A stretch of DNA of 64,000 nucleotides from a virus (taxonomy: Duplodnaviria > Caudoviricetes), in the IMG/VR virus record IMGVR_UViG_3300031867_000005, positions 96,001 to 160,000 of that record; one strand, 5' to 3'. Shown piece after piece: positions 41,824-51,598 of this stretch; within the stretch, counting starts at the first letter, position 1, and each line of letters opens with the position of its first letter. The notes under the pieces are model-generated. The model saw only the letters and a list, made by a program, of their open reading frames with translations, did not search any database and was not told the origin of the DNA. The translations under genes were made by a program, and so were the position numbers.

Positions 41824-41912
41824 GACAGATAAACTCAGACGGCTCTGAGCCTGTTCTTGAAAAACAGTGGTGCTATGAGGAGTGGCATAGAGGTCGGCAC
41901 TCTTGTCTGTCG
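41824..41912 (+). tRNA. tRNA-Ser(TGA)
   Basis: CTGTT-CTTGAAA-AACAG, long variable arm, GACAGA/TCTGTC acceptor. Confidence 0.75.
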
Positions 41913-41970
41913 TTTAAAGGTAAAATCCGCAAATAAAAAAAATTTTTATCTTGAAAAGGAGACTGATATT

Positions 41971-43479
41971 ATGAATTTTATTGATGCATTTGAAAGACAA
42001 GCTAATATGACTGAATCTGAAAAAGGCGGAGTTGTTTTTAAATCTGTCTCAAATCCACTTTTGGACTTATATTCTCATATTGGTGGAATGAGAAATAGAA
42101 ATGAGAATGATATTGTAAGTCAATGGTTGGAGGCAAGAATATTTGATAAGGAATTGGCAGATAACTTAATCCTCTATACTCGTGATTTTCGTAACACTGG
42201 TATTGGAGAACGAAAAATCGGTCGTATTCTTTTGAAAGAGCTTACAACAATTGACCCCCATAAAATTGAAAGAAACTTTCAAACAATTGTTGATGCCGGC
42301 AGATGGGATGATTTGTTTGTGTTTGTTGGAACTTCTGTCGAGAAAGAAATGTGGAACTTTATTGAAAAGCAATTACTTAGTGATGTTAAAGGAATGAAGA
42401 ATAAAGCTCCGATTTCTCTCTTAGGAAAGTGGCTGCCGTCTATCAATACCTCTAGCAAAGAAACACGTGCATTGGCTCGTAGAGCTTGTGTGCAGTTAAA
42501 TCTAACAGAACGCACTTACCGTAAAACTCTTTCTGCACTTCGTAAATACATTGGAGTTGTTGAGACTTTAATGTCAGCCGGCAAGTGGGATGAGATTAAC
42601 TTTGAAGCAGTTCCTTCAATTGCAATGTCTCGTTATATTAACACGTATAACAAACATTGTCAAGAAAGATTTGCAGAGTATAAGGCGGCTTTAGAAAAAG
42701 GCGAAGTAAAAGTTAATGCCGGAGCTTTAACACCAGCTGATATTTGTAAGAAATTCATTACTAATGGCGGCTATAAAGCATGGATAGATCATTGTTGGTA
42801 TGATGAGAAGCCAAGGGAAGTTAGGGGCGTTCTTGATGGAGTTGATATGGCTCAGTGGGGTGCTTTACCAAATTATGTAGAAGGGAATCAAGATGTTATC
42901 GTATTAAGTGATATTAGTGGGAGTATGGGAACTCCAAATTATGAACCGATTGCGGCCAGTGTTGGTTTGGCTACTTATTTCGCCCAGAGAAATAAGGGTG
43001 CTTATAAAAATCTTTTCATGGTATTTGCAAGTGACCCAGTTTTTATTAAAATCGAAGATATTTGGGATATTGAAAAATGTTTTTCTTACGTTTTAGGTCA
43101 ACAAATATCTTATTCAACAAATATGGATAGAGCCTTTAAAGCAATTTATGAAATGGCGCTTAAAACTCATGAAACACCTAAAGCAATTTGTGTTATAAGT
43201 GATGGAGAAATGGATAGATGGGTTCAAGATAAAGCTTCTGATTCAATTGTTTCTAAATGGAACAATGGTTTAATTGAAGCTGGACTTAATCCGATTAAAG
43301 TCATTTCTTGGAATGTGGCTAATCGTCATGATACAAATATTGCACCAGCTAGTGATTATGTTTCTTATTGTAGTGGTTTTTCTACAGGTTCTTTTGCGCA
43401 CTTCTCAAGTTTAATTAACAAAACAGCAGAAGAAGCGATGGTTGAGATTTTATCAAAGCCTCAATTTCAATGGAAGTAA
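41971..43479 (+). CDS. DUF2828 / TROVE(Ro60)-like protein with C-terminal vWA domain
   Basis: RDFRNTGIGERK, GRWDDL, LGKWLPS, YRKTLS, VPSIAM, SDISGSM (MIDAS), STNMD, ISDGEMD, WNV; RBS before ATG 41971. Confidence 0.8.
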   Translation: MNFIDAFERQANMTESEKGGVVFKSVSNPLLDLYSHIGGMRNRNENDIVSQWLEARIFDKELADNLILYTRDFRNTGIGERKIGRILLKELTTIDPHKIERNFQTIVDAGRWDDLFVFVGTSVEKEMWNFIEKQLLSDVKGMKNKAPISLLGKWLPSINTSSKETRALARRACVQLNLTERTYRKTLSALRKYIGVVETLMSAGKWDEINFEAVPSIAMSRYINTYNKHCQERFAEYKAALEKGEVKVNAGALTPADICKKFITNGGYKAWIDHCWYDEKPREVRGVLDGVDMAQWGALPNYVEGNQDVIVLSDISGSMGTPNYEPIAASVGLATYFAQRNKGAYKNLFMVFASDPVFIKIEDIWDIEKCFSYVLGQQISYSTNMDRAFKAIYEMALKTHETPKAICVISDGEMDRWVQDKASDSIVSKWNNGLIEAGLNPIKVISWNVANRHDTNIAPASDYVSYCSGFSTGSFAHFSSLINKTAEEAMVEILSKPQFQWK

Positions 43480-43512
43480 CAACTTGATGGCAATAGTCAT
43501 TGAGATATATTT

Positions 43513-43655
43513 GACCTTTTCAGCAACTCATTATATAATGATGAAAGAATGGTTTGAAGTTATCCCTAAACTTCGCTCATCTCCTAAAATCCCATGTGGT
43601 GAGGTCGAGTTACTATGATTCATCAGCATTTAAAATTTGAATAGGATTGAATCGT
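43513..43655 (+). ncRNA. Two further degenerate CAGCA-stem elements after the TROVE-like gene
   Basis: GACCTT-TT-CAGCAAC...GAGGTC and ATGATTCA-TCAGCAT...TGAATCGT. Confidence 0.45.
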
Positions 43656-43658
43656 GCG

Positions 43659-43700
43659 GCGATAGCAAAAATCTTAGGATGAATTGCTATCGTCTTTTTG
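43659..43700 (+). terminator. Rho-independent terminator
   Basis: GCGATAGCAA...TTGCTATCGT followed by a T tract. Confidence 0.7.
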
Positions 43701-43946
43701 CTTTAGAGAAAGACTTTTTTATTTTTATCTATTTTATATATTTTATATATTTCTCTACTAATTTTATTCCTATGAAACGGTAAAATCATTCCAAAACTAT
43801 GGAATAATTTTAGTAGAGGAAATGGTAAAGTTATTCCACTAGAATAACTTTTCCACCCCGTATTTTTATTCCACTTTTGAAAAAATTTTTCTTTTATTAG
43901 AGAAAATTTTTTCCTTTTCTACTTTTGGATGTAGGGAGGTGAAAAA

Positions 43947-44483
43947 ATGATTAGTTATCCAAACTAGAAACTCTATCATATAAAAAAGAAAATTGAGGAT
44001 GGTGATATTTTTATTATGTTAGGATGGGAAGATTACATTGCGGCGGCGAAAGAATTATCACCGTCTGCTTTGAATTTATATATGTATCTTGCAAAGAATC
44101 AGGACAATTATGAATTGTGGCTCAGTTCGAAAGATTATTGCAAGACTTTTAATGTAGTGGACAAGACATATCGAAACGCAAGGAACGAGTTGCTAAGAAA
44201 AGGCTACCTAAAAGAAGCCGAAAATAATCGTGTCTTTTTTGATTCTAAAGGTGGATACAAAGAGACTAAAGAGAATTTACAAGAAGAGTTAAAGTCCTTA
44301 GGGGAAAGACTAAAAGTAGAAGATGAAAAGAGATATATGAAATTAATGGAAGTCCTAAAGGATGCAAAGCTAAAAGAGATTCATGAAGAAGTTATTTATA
44401 AAATTGAAATAAAAAAAGTAATTTCTTTTGCACAAGACTTATTAAAAGAGATTAGTCAATCAGAGTTTGAGGGGTTATTCTAA
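43947..44483 (+). CDS. HTH initiator-like protein C (TAG at codon 7)
   Basis: MISYPN*KLY; LSPSALNLYMYLAKNQD...KTYRNARNELLRKGYL; preceded by an AT-rich tract and loose TTATTCCAC repeats. Confidence 0.65.
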
Positions 44484-44715
44484 AAAAGAGATATGTTTTC
44501 CCTAACCAAAAAGAATATTTGATTTTATTAAAAAAAAATGATATAATAAATATGTAAACAAAAGAAAACAGCTGAAAAAAAGGAGAAGATAATATGAATA
44601 TAATTTGTTCAATTTTTCTGGTTACTGAACTTATTTGTGCTCTTATCTGGTTAGGAGAATTACTCTATGAGATGTATGAGGACTACAAACTTAGAAAAGA
44701 GGAGGATGATAACCA

Positions 44716-46122
44716 ATGATATGGACTGTCATATATATTTTAGGCTTTATTTTAGCAATCTTAGGTGGAATAAATATAATTCGTTTCGATGGTTCAATTA
44801 AGCGAGCTACAGTTTGTTCAATAATGATTATGACAGGATTAGTTTTTATTATGTGGGGAGACAGTCAAAGAAAGAAAGTTCCAATTGATTATGAAGTTGT
44901 TCAGATTCAAGTGGTCGACCTTAATGATTCTAAGTATCGAGTAACTTTAAAGTCTGGAGTCAACTCTACTGTTATCTACGTAGATAAAGCAAAGGTTGGT
45001 ACAATTAAAGAGGGAGACACAATCGCTTTAACTAAAGAGGAATTAGAGGAGTTACAGTAATGAAAAGCAATATGATTTGGGCTGCAGCTGTTATCTTCCT
45101 GCTTTGTTTAGGCTTTGATAACAGCTATGCAGAAAATGAAAAGAAAAACATTCAAAGTAATCTTGCTTTATTTGAAACTTTTACTGCAAATGGGGGGAAT
45201 TTTAATTGTAGTGATGTTGAAAATATTAGTATTGATGTCCACACTTATACTGGAACTGATGTAGTATTCTATCTAAAAAATGGGGATAAGGTTTGTACAT
45301 CTGTTAATAAAATCATTTGGCATAATAATAAGGAGGATTAACTTGGAAATTTATACTTCTTACTTCTATCAAATTCGTTTCTTTAAACCTTACATGATTC
45401 CGCTCAGCACAGCTGTCTTTGACCCTAAGTGGTATCATGAATGGAAAGAACAAACGCACTTCTTTATTGATAAGAACGGAGTAATAAATGGCGGTCGGGC
45501 TTCAACGCTTGTCCCCAATCCAAATCTGATGAACTTATGTAGCGGTGTTGACAAATGTGAGGTTAGACAGAAAAATGAAAGAGCTGAGGATTTTTCTGAC
45601 TGTAAGTTCCTACATGACTATAAATACCAGCTTGACTGTCTTTTCTTTGGACAGTTCCTTTGTGATATTGAAAAAGTTAAACAACAAGCTACTAAAATCC
45701 TTCAGCTTGATAGAGAACCGATAATCGTTTTAATTGTTCATGAAACACCGGATAATCCTTGTAGTGAGAGGGTCGCAATTCTACAATGGCTTAAAGATAA
45801 TGCGGTCGACGCAAAAGAATTATCTTACCCAATCCCACAATATTATTGACTTTCTTTAAAATTTTTGTTATAATTATTATAATAGAAAGGGGGAATTAGA
45901 ATGAGAGTAAAAGCAAAAATTAAACCCGTAATCAAACCTGATTTTCAGTATCAATGTCCACATTGTGGTGAACTTATTGGTGGTTCTTCTCTTATGCCTG
46001 CTTATCATTTTAGAATTGACTGTTCTCCTGTTGAAACAGACTGTGATGTTATTTGTCCAAATTGTTGGGTTGGTGCGGATATAAAGATTTGGTGTGAAAA
46101 TAGAATTTGGGAAAAAAGATAA
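44716..46122 (+). CDS. Small genes: 44716-45060 membrane protein, 45060-45341 secreted protein, 45343-45849 DUF488-like, 45901-46122 Zn-ribbon
   Basis: RBS-led ORFs; IYTSYF...HETPDNPCSER in 45343. Confidence 0.55.
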
Positions 46123-46189
46123 GTTGACTTTTCTTAAAAATTATGATATAATTCTTTATAGAAAAGAAAAAAGAAAGGGGTATGATGTT

Positions 46190-47146
46190 ATGAAGCATTA
46201 TTTGGATATTAAGTATATGAAAGAGAAATACTCTGATTGTATGACAGTTGGGAATGAAATCGTTGTTGAGGAGAAAGTGGATGGTGCTCAGGCAAGTTTT
46301 ACTTTTTCTCCTTCTGAAAATTGTATCGAAGCTTTTTCTCGTAAAACTCAGCTCAATGAGATGAATAATCTTCGTGGATTTTATGAATGGACTCAACGTT
46401 TAGACGTTCAGGCAATTGGAAGAATTACTCACTTTGGTCGTTATATTATCTTTGGAGAATATTTATGTTCTCATACGGTTTCCTATCCACAAGACAAGTA
46501 TAATAAATTTTATATGTATGATGTGTGGGATACTGTTACAGAAAAATGGTTAGGCTTTAAACAGGTCAAAGCTTTATATGAACAATTGGCTAAAGCAGTA
46601 AGTCGAACTAATGAAGTAATTGAATTCGTTCCTGTGTTTTTTGAAGGGGCTTTTAATTCTTGGGAACATCTTCTTAGTTATGTCGGAAGAACTGAATTAG
46701 GAGCGTCCCCTTGTGGCGAAGGGATTGTAGTTAAGAATCAAACAACTCTGAATGATGAGAACTCTCGACTCCCTTTCTATATAAAAATTGTCAGTGAAAA
46801 ATTTAGTGAAGTGCATGAAGTTAAGCCAAAGAAAAATGTCAGTCCTGAAAAATTAAAAGAAAAAGAAGAAGAAAAACAATTAGTAATGTCAATTGTTACA
46901 AAACGTAGGGTTATTAAATTACTTGAAAAAATGGTAGACAATGGAGTTTTAAGGGAACGCTGGGATGAGAAAGATATGGGGTTAATTGCTAAGAACATTG
47001 GAAAACTCGTCTATGAGGATTGTGTAAAAGAAGAACCAGGGGTTGTTAGTCAATGTAAGAATTTTGGCAAGACAGCGAATAGTATTGCAATGACAATTGT
47101 TAGAGAGGAGTTGAAGACGAGATGGAAATTTTTGTCCGTTTTTTAA
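46190..47146 (+). CDS. RNA ligase, Rnl2-like
   Basis: EEKVDGAQ (motif I), FSRK, IFGEY, FYMYDV, GEGIVVK, YIKIVSEKFSE. Confidence 0.85.
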   Translation: MKHYLDIKYMKEKYSDCMTVGNEIVVEEKVDGAQASFTFSPSENCIEAFSRKTQLNEMNNLRGFYEWTQRLDVQAIGRITHFGRYIIFGEYLCSHTVSYPQDKYNKFYMYDVWDTVTEKWLGFKQVKALYEQLAKAVSRTNEVIEFVPVFFEGAFNSWEHLLSYVGRTELGASPCGEGIVVKNQTTLNDENSRLPFYIKIVSEKFSEVHEVKPKKNVSPEKLKEKEEEKQLVMSIVTKRRVIKLLEKMVDNGVLRERWDEKDMGLIAKNIGKLVYEDCVKEEPGVVSQCKNFGKTANSIAMTIVREELKTRWKFLSVF

Positions 47147-47771
47147 TCTACTTTATTATTGGACTGGCGGGCTTATTTGCGGCGATAGCAATACTTTTTA
47201 CGACTTTCTCTTATCTCATTCTTTTCATTATTGGAAAGGAATTTATCAAGGCGGCCGCAGTTATTGTCCTCATTTTTGTTGAAATTTTCGCAATTAACTA
47301 TTTACTTTATGACTACCACAGTGAGTAAGATATGGAAAATCTAAATTTTAATAATGAAAAAGTAATACAAATGTGGGATTCAATTTTTATCTGGGGTCGG
47401 AAAACTGGAGAACGTACCTGTTGTAAAACTCCAGCTTTATTGATTAACGTTCACTTAAAAGATTATTTCTGTTCTAATGAGTGTTTTGATGAGTATTATA
47501 AAGAAAAGTTAAATTGACTTTTCTTAAAAATTATGATATAATTTTTATAGTAAAAAGGAAAAGGAGAAAATTAATTATGATAAGAATTGAAATGAGAGCT
47601 GTGACAGCTCAGGGTTTTGGTGGAGAGGCATATTATAAGGAAATTTATACTTTGAAGAAAATAAGTCAGGAAAAACTCAATTGGATGAGACAACAATTTG
47701 CTATCAAATATAATGTAATGATTGATATGATTGAAGTTACTACTCAAACAACTGATTAAGGAGGAACTTGA

Positions 47772-48893
47772 ATGACTTTGAAGATTCAAGAGTTCATAAG
47801 AACTCATCCTAATTGGAAAGAGGAACTTTCCAGCTCTCCGTATAATCTTAGAATTTCTGAGGATGATGGCTTCTTTCTGTTTAAATACTCTCAAATTGAT
47901 TCTGACTTTAATGAGGAGATTTGTCGTGAAGCCAGAGGTTTAATTCTCGATTCTACAGATAATTTTAAAGTTGTTAGATTTGCGTTTAAAAAGTTCTTTA
48001 ACCTCGGAGAACAATACGCAGATGATATAGATTGGGATAATGCGGTCGGAAGTGACAAAATTGATGGAAGCTTAATGACACTCTGGTATGCTCGTGGCAA
48101 ATGGCGATTAAGCTCTAGTGGAACTGTCAACGCTTTTAAGGCTGCCCTCGCTAATTCTACTGTCTATAAAACATTTGGAGAATTGTTTGATGCGGCCGCT
48201 ACGAACGATGGTCTTGATATTAAGAGACTTAATCCTAATCACAACTATACTTTTGAACTTGTAAGCCCTTATAATCAAGTTGTTCTATCTTATCCAAAGC
48301 CTTCCCTCTATCATATTTCCACTCGTAGAATGGATACTTTAGAAGAGATTGAGGAATATATAGGAATACAAAAACCCAAATGTTATAATTTAAATTCTGA
48401 AACTGAATATCAAGACTTAGTATCACAAATGGGTGATGGTCATGAGGGAATCGTAGTAAGAGATAAAGAGGGCAATCGAGTTAAAATAAAAACGAAACGT
48501 TATTTTGAACTTCATCGACTTCATAATAACGGACAAATCAATCTTGAAAGAATTGTTGATTTAATTCAAGAGAATGATTACGAAGAACTTTTGTGCTATT
48601 ATCCTCAATATACAGATTACGTTATGAAAATAAAGAAGAGAATGGAAGAAGCTGGCGAACTTGTAGCTCAAATCGTTGAACAAACAGCTCAATGGAAAAA
48701 TGCAAACAATGTAACAGAAACTAATTCTCGTCAGCTCAAAGGATGTTTTGCTCAGCTTTACAAAAAAAATAAGTATTCCGCCCTCTACTTTTTGGCATAT
48801 GATAATAAAATCATGCAAATATTTGCGACCGCACCAACTAAGAGACTTATCTCCTTACTTCATCTTGACGAAAATGAAAATGAAAAAGAATAA
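47772..48893 (+). CDS. RNA ligase, T4 Rnl1-like
   Basis: CREARGLIL, FKKFFNLGE, DKIDGSL, TFELVSP, HEGIVV, RVKIK. Confidence 0.9.
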   Translation: MTLKIQEFIRTHPNWKEELSSSPYNLRISEDDGFFLFKYSQIDSDFNEEICREARGLILDSTDNFKVVRFAFKKFFNLGEQYADDIDWDNAVGSDKIDGSLMTLWYARGKWRLSSSGTVNAFKAALANSTVYKTFGELFDAAATNDGLDIKRLNPNHNYTFELVSPYNQVVLSYPKPSLYHISTRRMDTLEEIEEYIGIQKPKCYNLNSETEYQDLVSQMGDGHEGIVVRDKEGNRVKIKTKRYFELHRLHNNGQINLERIVDLIQENDYEELLCYYPQYTDYVMKIKKRMEEAGELVAQIVEQTAQWKNANNVTETNSRQLKGCFAQLYKKNKYSALYFLAYDNKIMQIFATAPTKRLISLLHLDENENEKE

Positions 48894-48955
48894 TTGACTT
48901 TCATTATAAAAAATGATATAATATATATAGAATAAAAGAAAGGGGCAAGGAAAGT

Positions 48956-49777
48956 ATGACTTATTCAAAAGCAGAAGTTTTCAGTATAGTGAGAGAAATG
49001 TTGGGGGATGGTGCAGAAGACATCTATCTCCCCAGTGAGGAATTTGAGATAGGATGTAGTGATGCTTTTCCAATTTCTCTTGGCACATACGGAGCTTTTA
49101 ATGTCGAAGGCACAATGGAAGTTGAAGTCTATCGTGGGGCAACAAAAGTTGTTCTTGTTCCAGTTCAATCTGATTATGCTATTAAACTCAACATTTCTGG
49201 AACTTATTTAACAGAAGACGAATGCGATGAAGCCGGATTCCAATACCCTCATATTGACAGACTTTCTTCTGAAAATGTATTAGATGAAGAAAACATTATG
49301 TTTGAAAGTCTCCCAAAAGAATTAAAAGAAATTATTCTCCCAAATATATATATTGGAGACTGTGGAAATATTCCTGTTTATATACAAAAAAAAGTAAAAG
49401 CAACTTATGGACGAGTTACGGGGTTGGCTGAAGCTCGTTACAAAGCAAAAGGTAAAAGCCGCACGACTAGTGTACAAAAAGCTTTAAAGAGTAGCACGCC
49501 TGTTGGTTTAAATTGGATTATTCATAGTGTGTTGCCGGAAGCATTCGTTTCTGACTTAATTGACTTCTATGGAGAAGAGAAGGCTTCTTTAATACTTCAA
49601 CAACTCTCTGTTAGCGAAATTACAGATTTAAATTATGAAAATTTTGGTTATGATATGGAAGATAGACCTTGTATTTTTGATATAGCTGGCTATAATGAAA
49701 ATGATTTTTTTGAATATGATGAACACTTTTATGAGAGTAAAGGAGACTGTAACTTTATAGACGATGAAGAAAATTGA
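48956..49777 (+). CDS. Protein-kinase-like protein 1
   Basis: RGATKVV, AIK, DLNYENFG, IFDIAG. Confidence 0.6.
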   Translation: MTYSKAEVFSIVREMLGDGAEDIYLPSEEFEIGCSDAFPISLGTYGAFNVEGTMEVEVYRGATKVVLVPVQSDYAIKLNISGTYLTEDECDEAGFQYPHIDRLSSENVLDEENIMFESLPKELKEIILPNIYIGDCGNIPVYIQKKVKATYGRVTGLAEARYKAKGKSRTTSVQKALKSSTPVGLNWIIHSVLPEAFVSDLIDFYGEEKASLILQQLSVSEITDLNYENFGYDMEDRPCIFDIAGYNENDFFEYDEHFYESKGDCNFIDDEEN

Positions 49778-50039
49778 TTATTTGACATTTATTATAAAAT
49801 ATGATATAATTTATATAAGTTTAGAGGAGGAAAAGGGAGCTAAATGAGTAAAAACAAGAAAGGTAATCAGAACTACGATAAGGAAGAGATTAAAAATCGT
49901 AGAGAAATGAATAAAGAAAAACGCAAACAAAAGCGAGAAATGCAAAAAGAAGCAACTGAAAAATCTGATTACCGCAGACGGAAACAACACGATAGAGAAG
50001 AATCTAAATGGGATTACTAATTAGAAAGGAGAAAATAAT

Positions 50040-51491
50040 ATGAGTATGAAAAGAAAGATTTTTAAATGGGGACGATTTAATGAATTGGCTAAGGAAATGG
50101 GAATCAAAATGCCTAAACAGCAAGAACGAAATGCTGGAAAACTTAAAGCACAGCGTGAGAAGTTCGCACGTTGCAGGAAGTGTGGTGGACAAATGACTTA
50201 TATTCCTTCAACTAACGTCTTCATCTGCAATAATGTAATTGAAATTGAAAAAAAAGTGATTGTAGGTGGAATTCCAACTACTAAGACAGAAAAGAAAGTT
50301 TGTTCTAATCTGAACTTTGTTGAAAAAGAATATCAAAATTATATGAGATATTTGTTTGATTAATAGGAGGGTTTTAAATATGATTTTTGAATGTCAATTT
50401 TGTGGTAAGAAATATGAGTCAGCTAGTGAATATGCTAAATGCATGGGAAAATGTGCAGCTAAATATGAGAAAGAACAGGAAGTAAAAAATCAAAGAGAAA
50501 AGTCTCTTATTGAAAAAGAGAATGAAATTAAGAGAGAATATGAAGTTCTAAAGAAAGTTATTAGTGAATATTATAACATCGGTGGTAAAAAATCTATTAA
50601 GTCAACATTAAATATTGGTGATAAAGTATGTGATTGTAGCACTCCGTGTCAAAATAAAAATTTTAAGTTCAATAATGTATGGGTGGATACGACCAATAAA
50701 ACTTTTACTATTCCAAAGGATGTAAAAATTGAATATTATGATAAAGCTGAAGATATTTATAAAGCATCTTCTCAAAAAAATAAAAATAAAGAGAAAAAGA
50801 ATAAGAAGAATGATAGCAGAGACGAATCATTGGAAGACCTCTTAAAGAGAATTTTAGATGAAGAAAAATTTAAACCAAAAGAGTCAATATGGTTTTGTGA
50901 TATATTAGACGACATTTTAAAAGAAGTTCATGGATATAAAAAATTCCCAGACAAAAAGGCTACTATTTTAGATTTTAAACCGAAACGTGATGAAACTTAT
51001 TTTGATTTATTTGAATTTTTAAAAGAATTAGAGAAAAATATTAACGAAAAGTGAGGAGTAAAAATATGAGAATAAAAAATGAGTATAATTTTAATTATGT
51101 AATTGATAGTAATGAAAAATATGTAATTTGCATAGCATCACTTAAGAGAAGTGATATACGTTTGCAAAGACTTATTGAATTAGCAATTTTAGCGGCTCAC
51201 TATAATAATGGTGAATATACTAAAAAATATTATAACTTTTTAACGAGAAAAAAGATGTTTAAGGGAATTGCAAGATTTAAGGATGGAGACACATTTAATT
51301 TAGAAGAAGCAAAAGAAATTGCTAGAGCAAAAGCTTTAAGACAAGCTAATGGTATTATGGAAGCTTTTGTAAAAGAAATTGAGAGTGAGCTTTTTGCTAC
51401 TATTCGAAATATTTCCAGTATTGCAATTGGAACTCAATTGAAAAAACTAGAATATATTAAAAAGATTAAAGCGCTTACAAAGCAGCAGTAA
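50040..51491 (+). CDS. Three hypothetical genes (50040-50363 Zn-ribbon, 50356-51054, 51051-51491)
   Basis: CRKCGG and CQFCG motifs; GIARFKDGDTFN in the third. Confidence 0.55.
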
Positions 51492-51598
51492 CAGACAAAA
51501 GTCAAGAGAACAAAAGGACTCTTGACTTTTTTCATATCTTATGATATAATAATATTGTAAGATAAAGAAAAAATGGCTATTTTAGAAAGGATTTGCGT

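Noticed and set aside
37545-41970. ORFs 37545-37775 and 38832-39089, and the 41857 start of the TROVE-like gene
   Set aside because: They overlap tRNA or ncRNA genes; the RBS supports ATG 41971.
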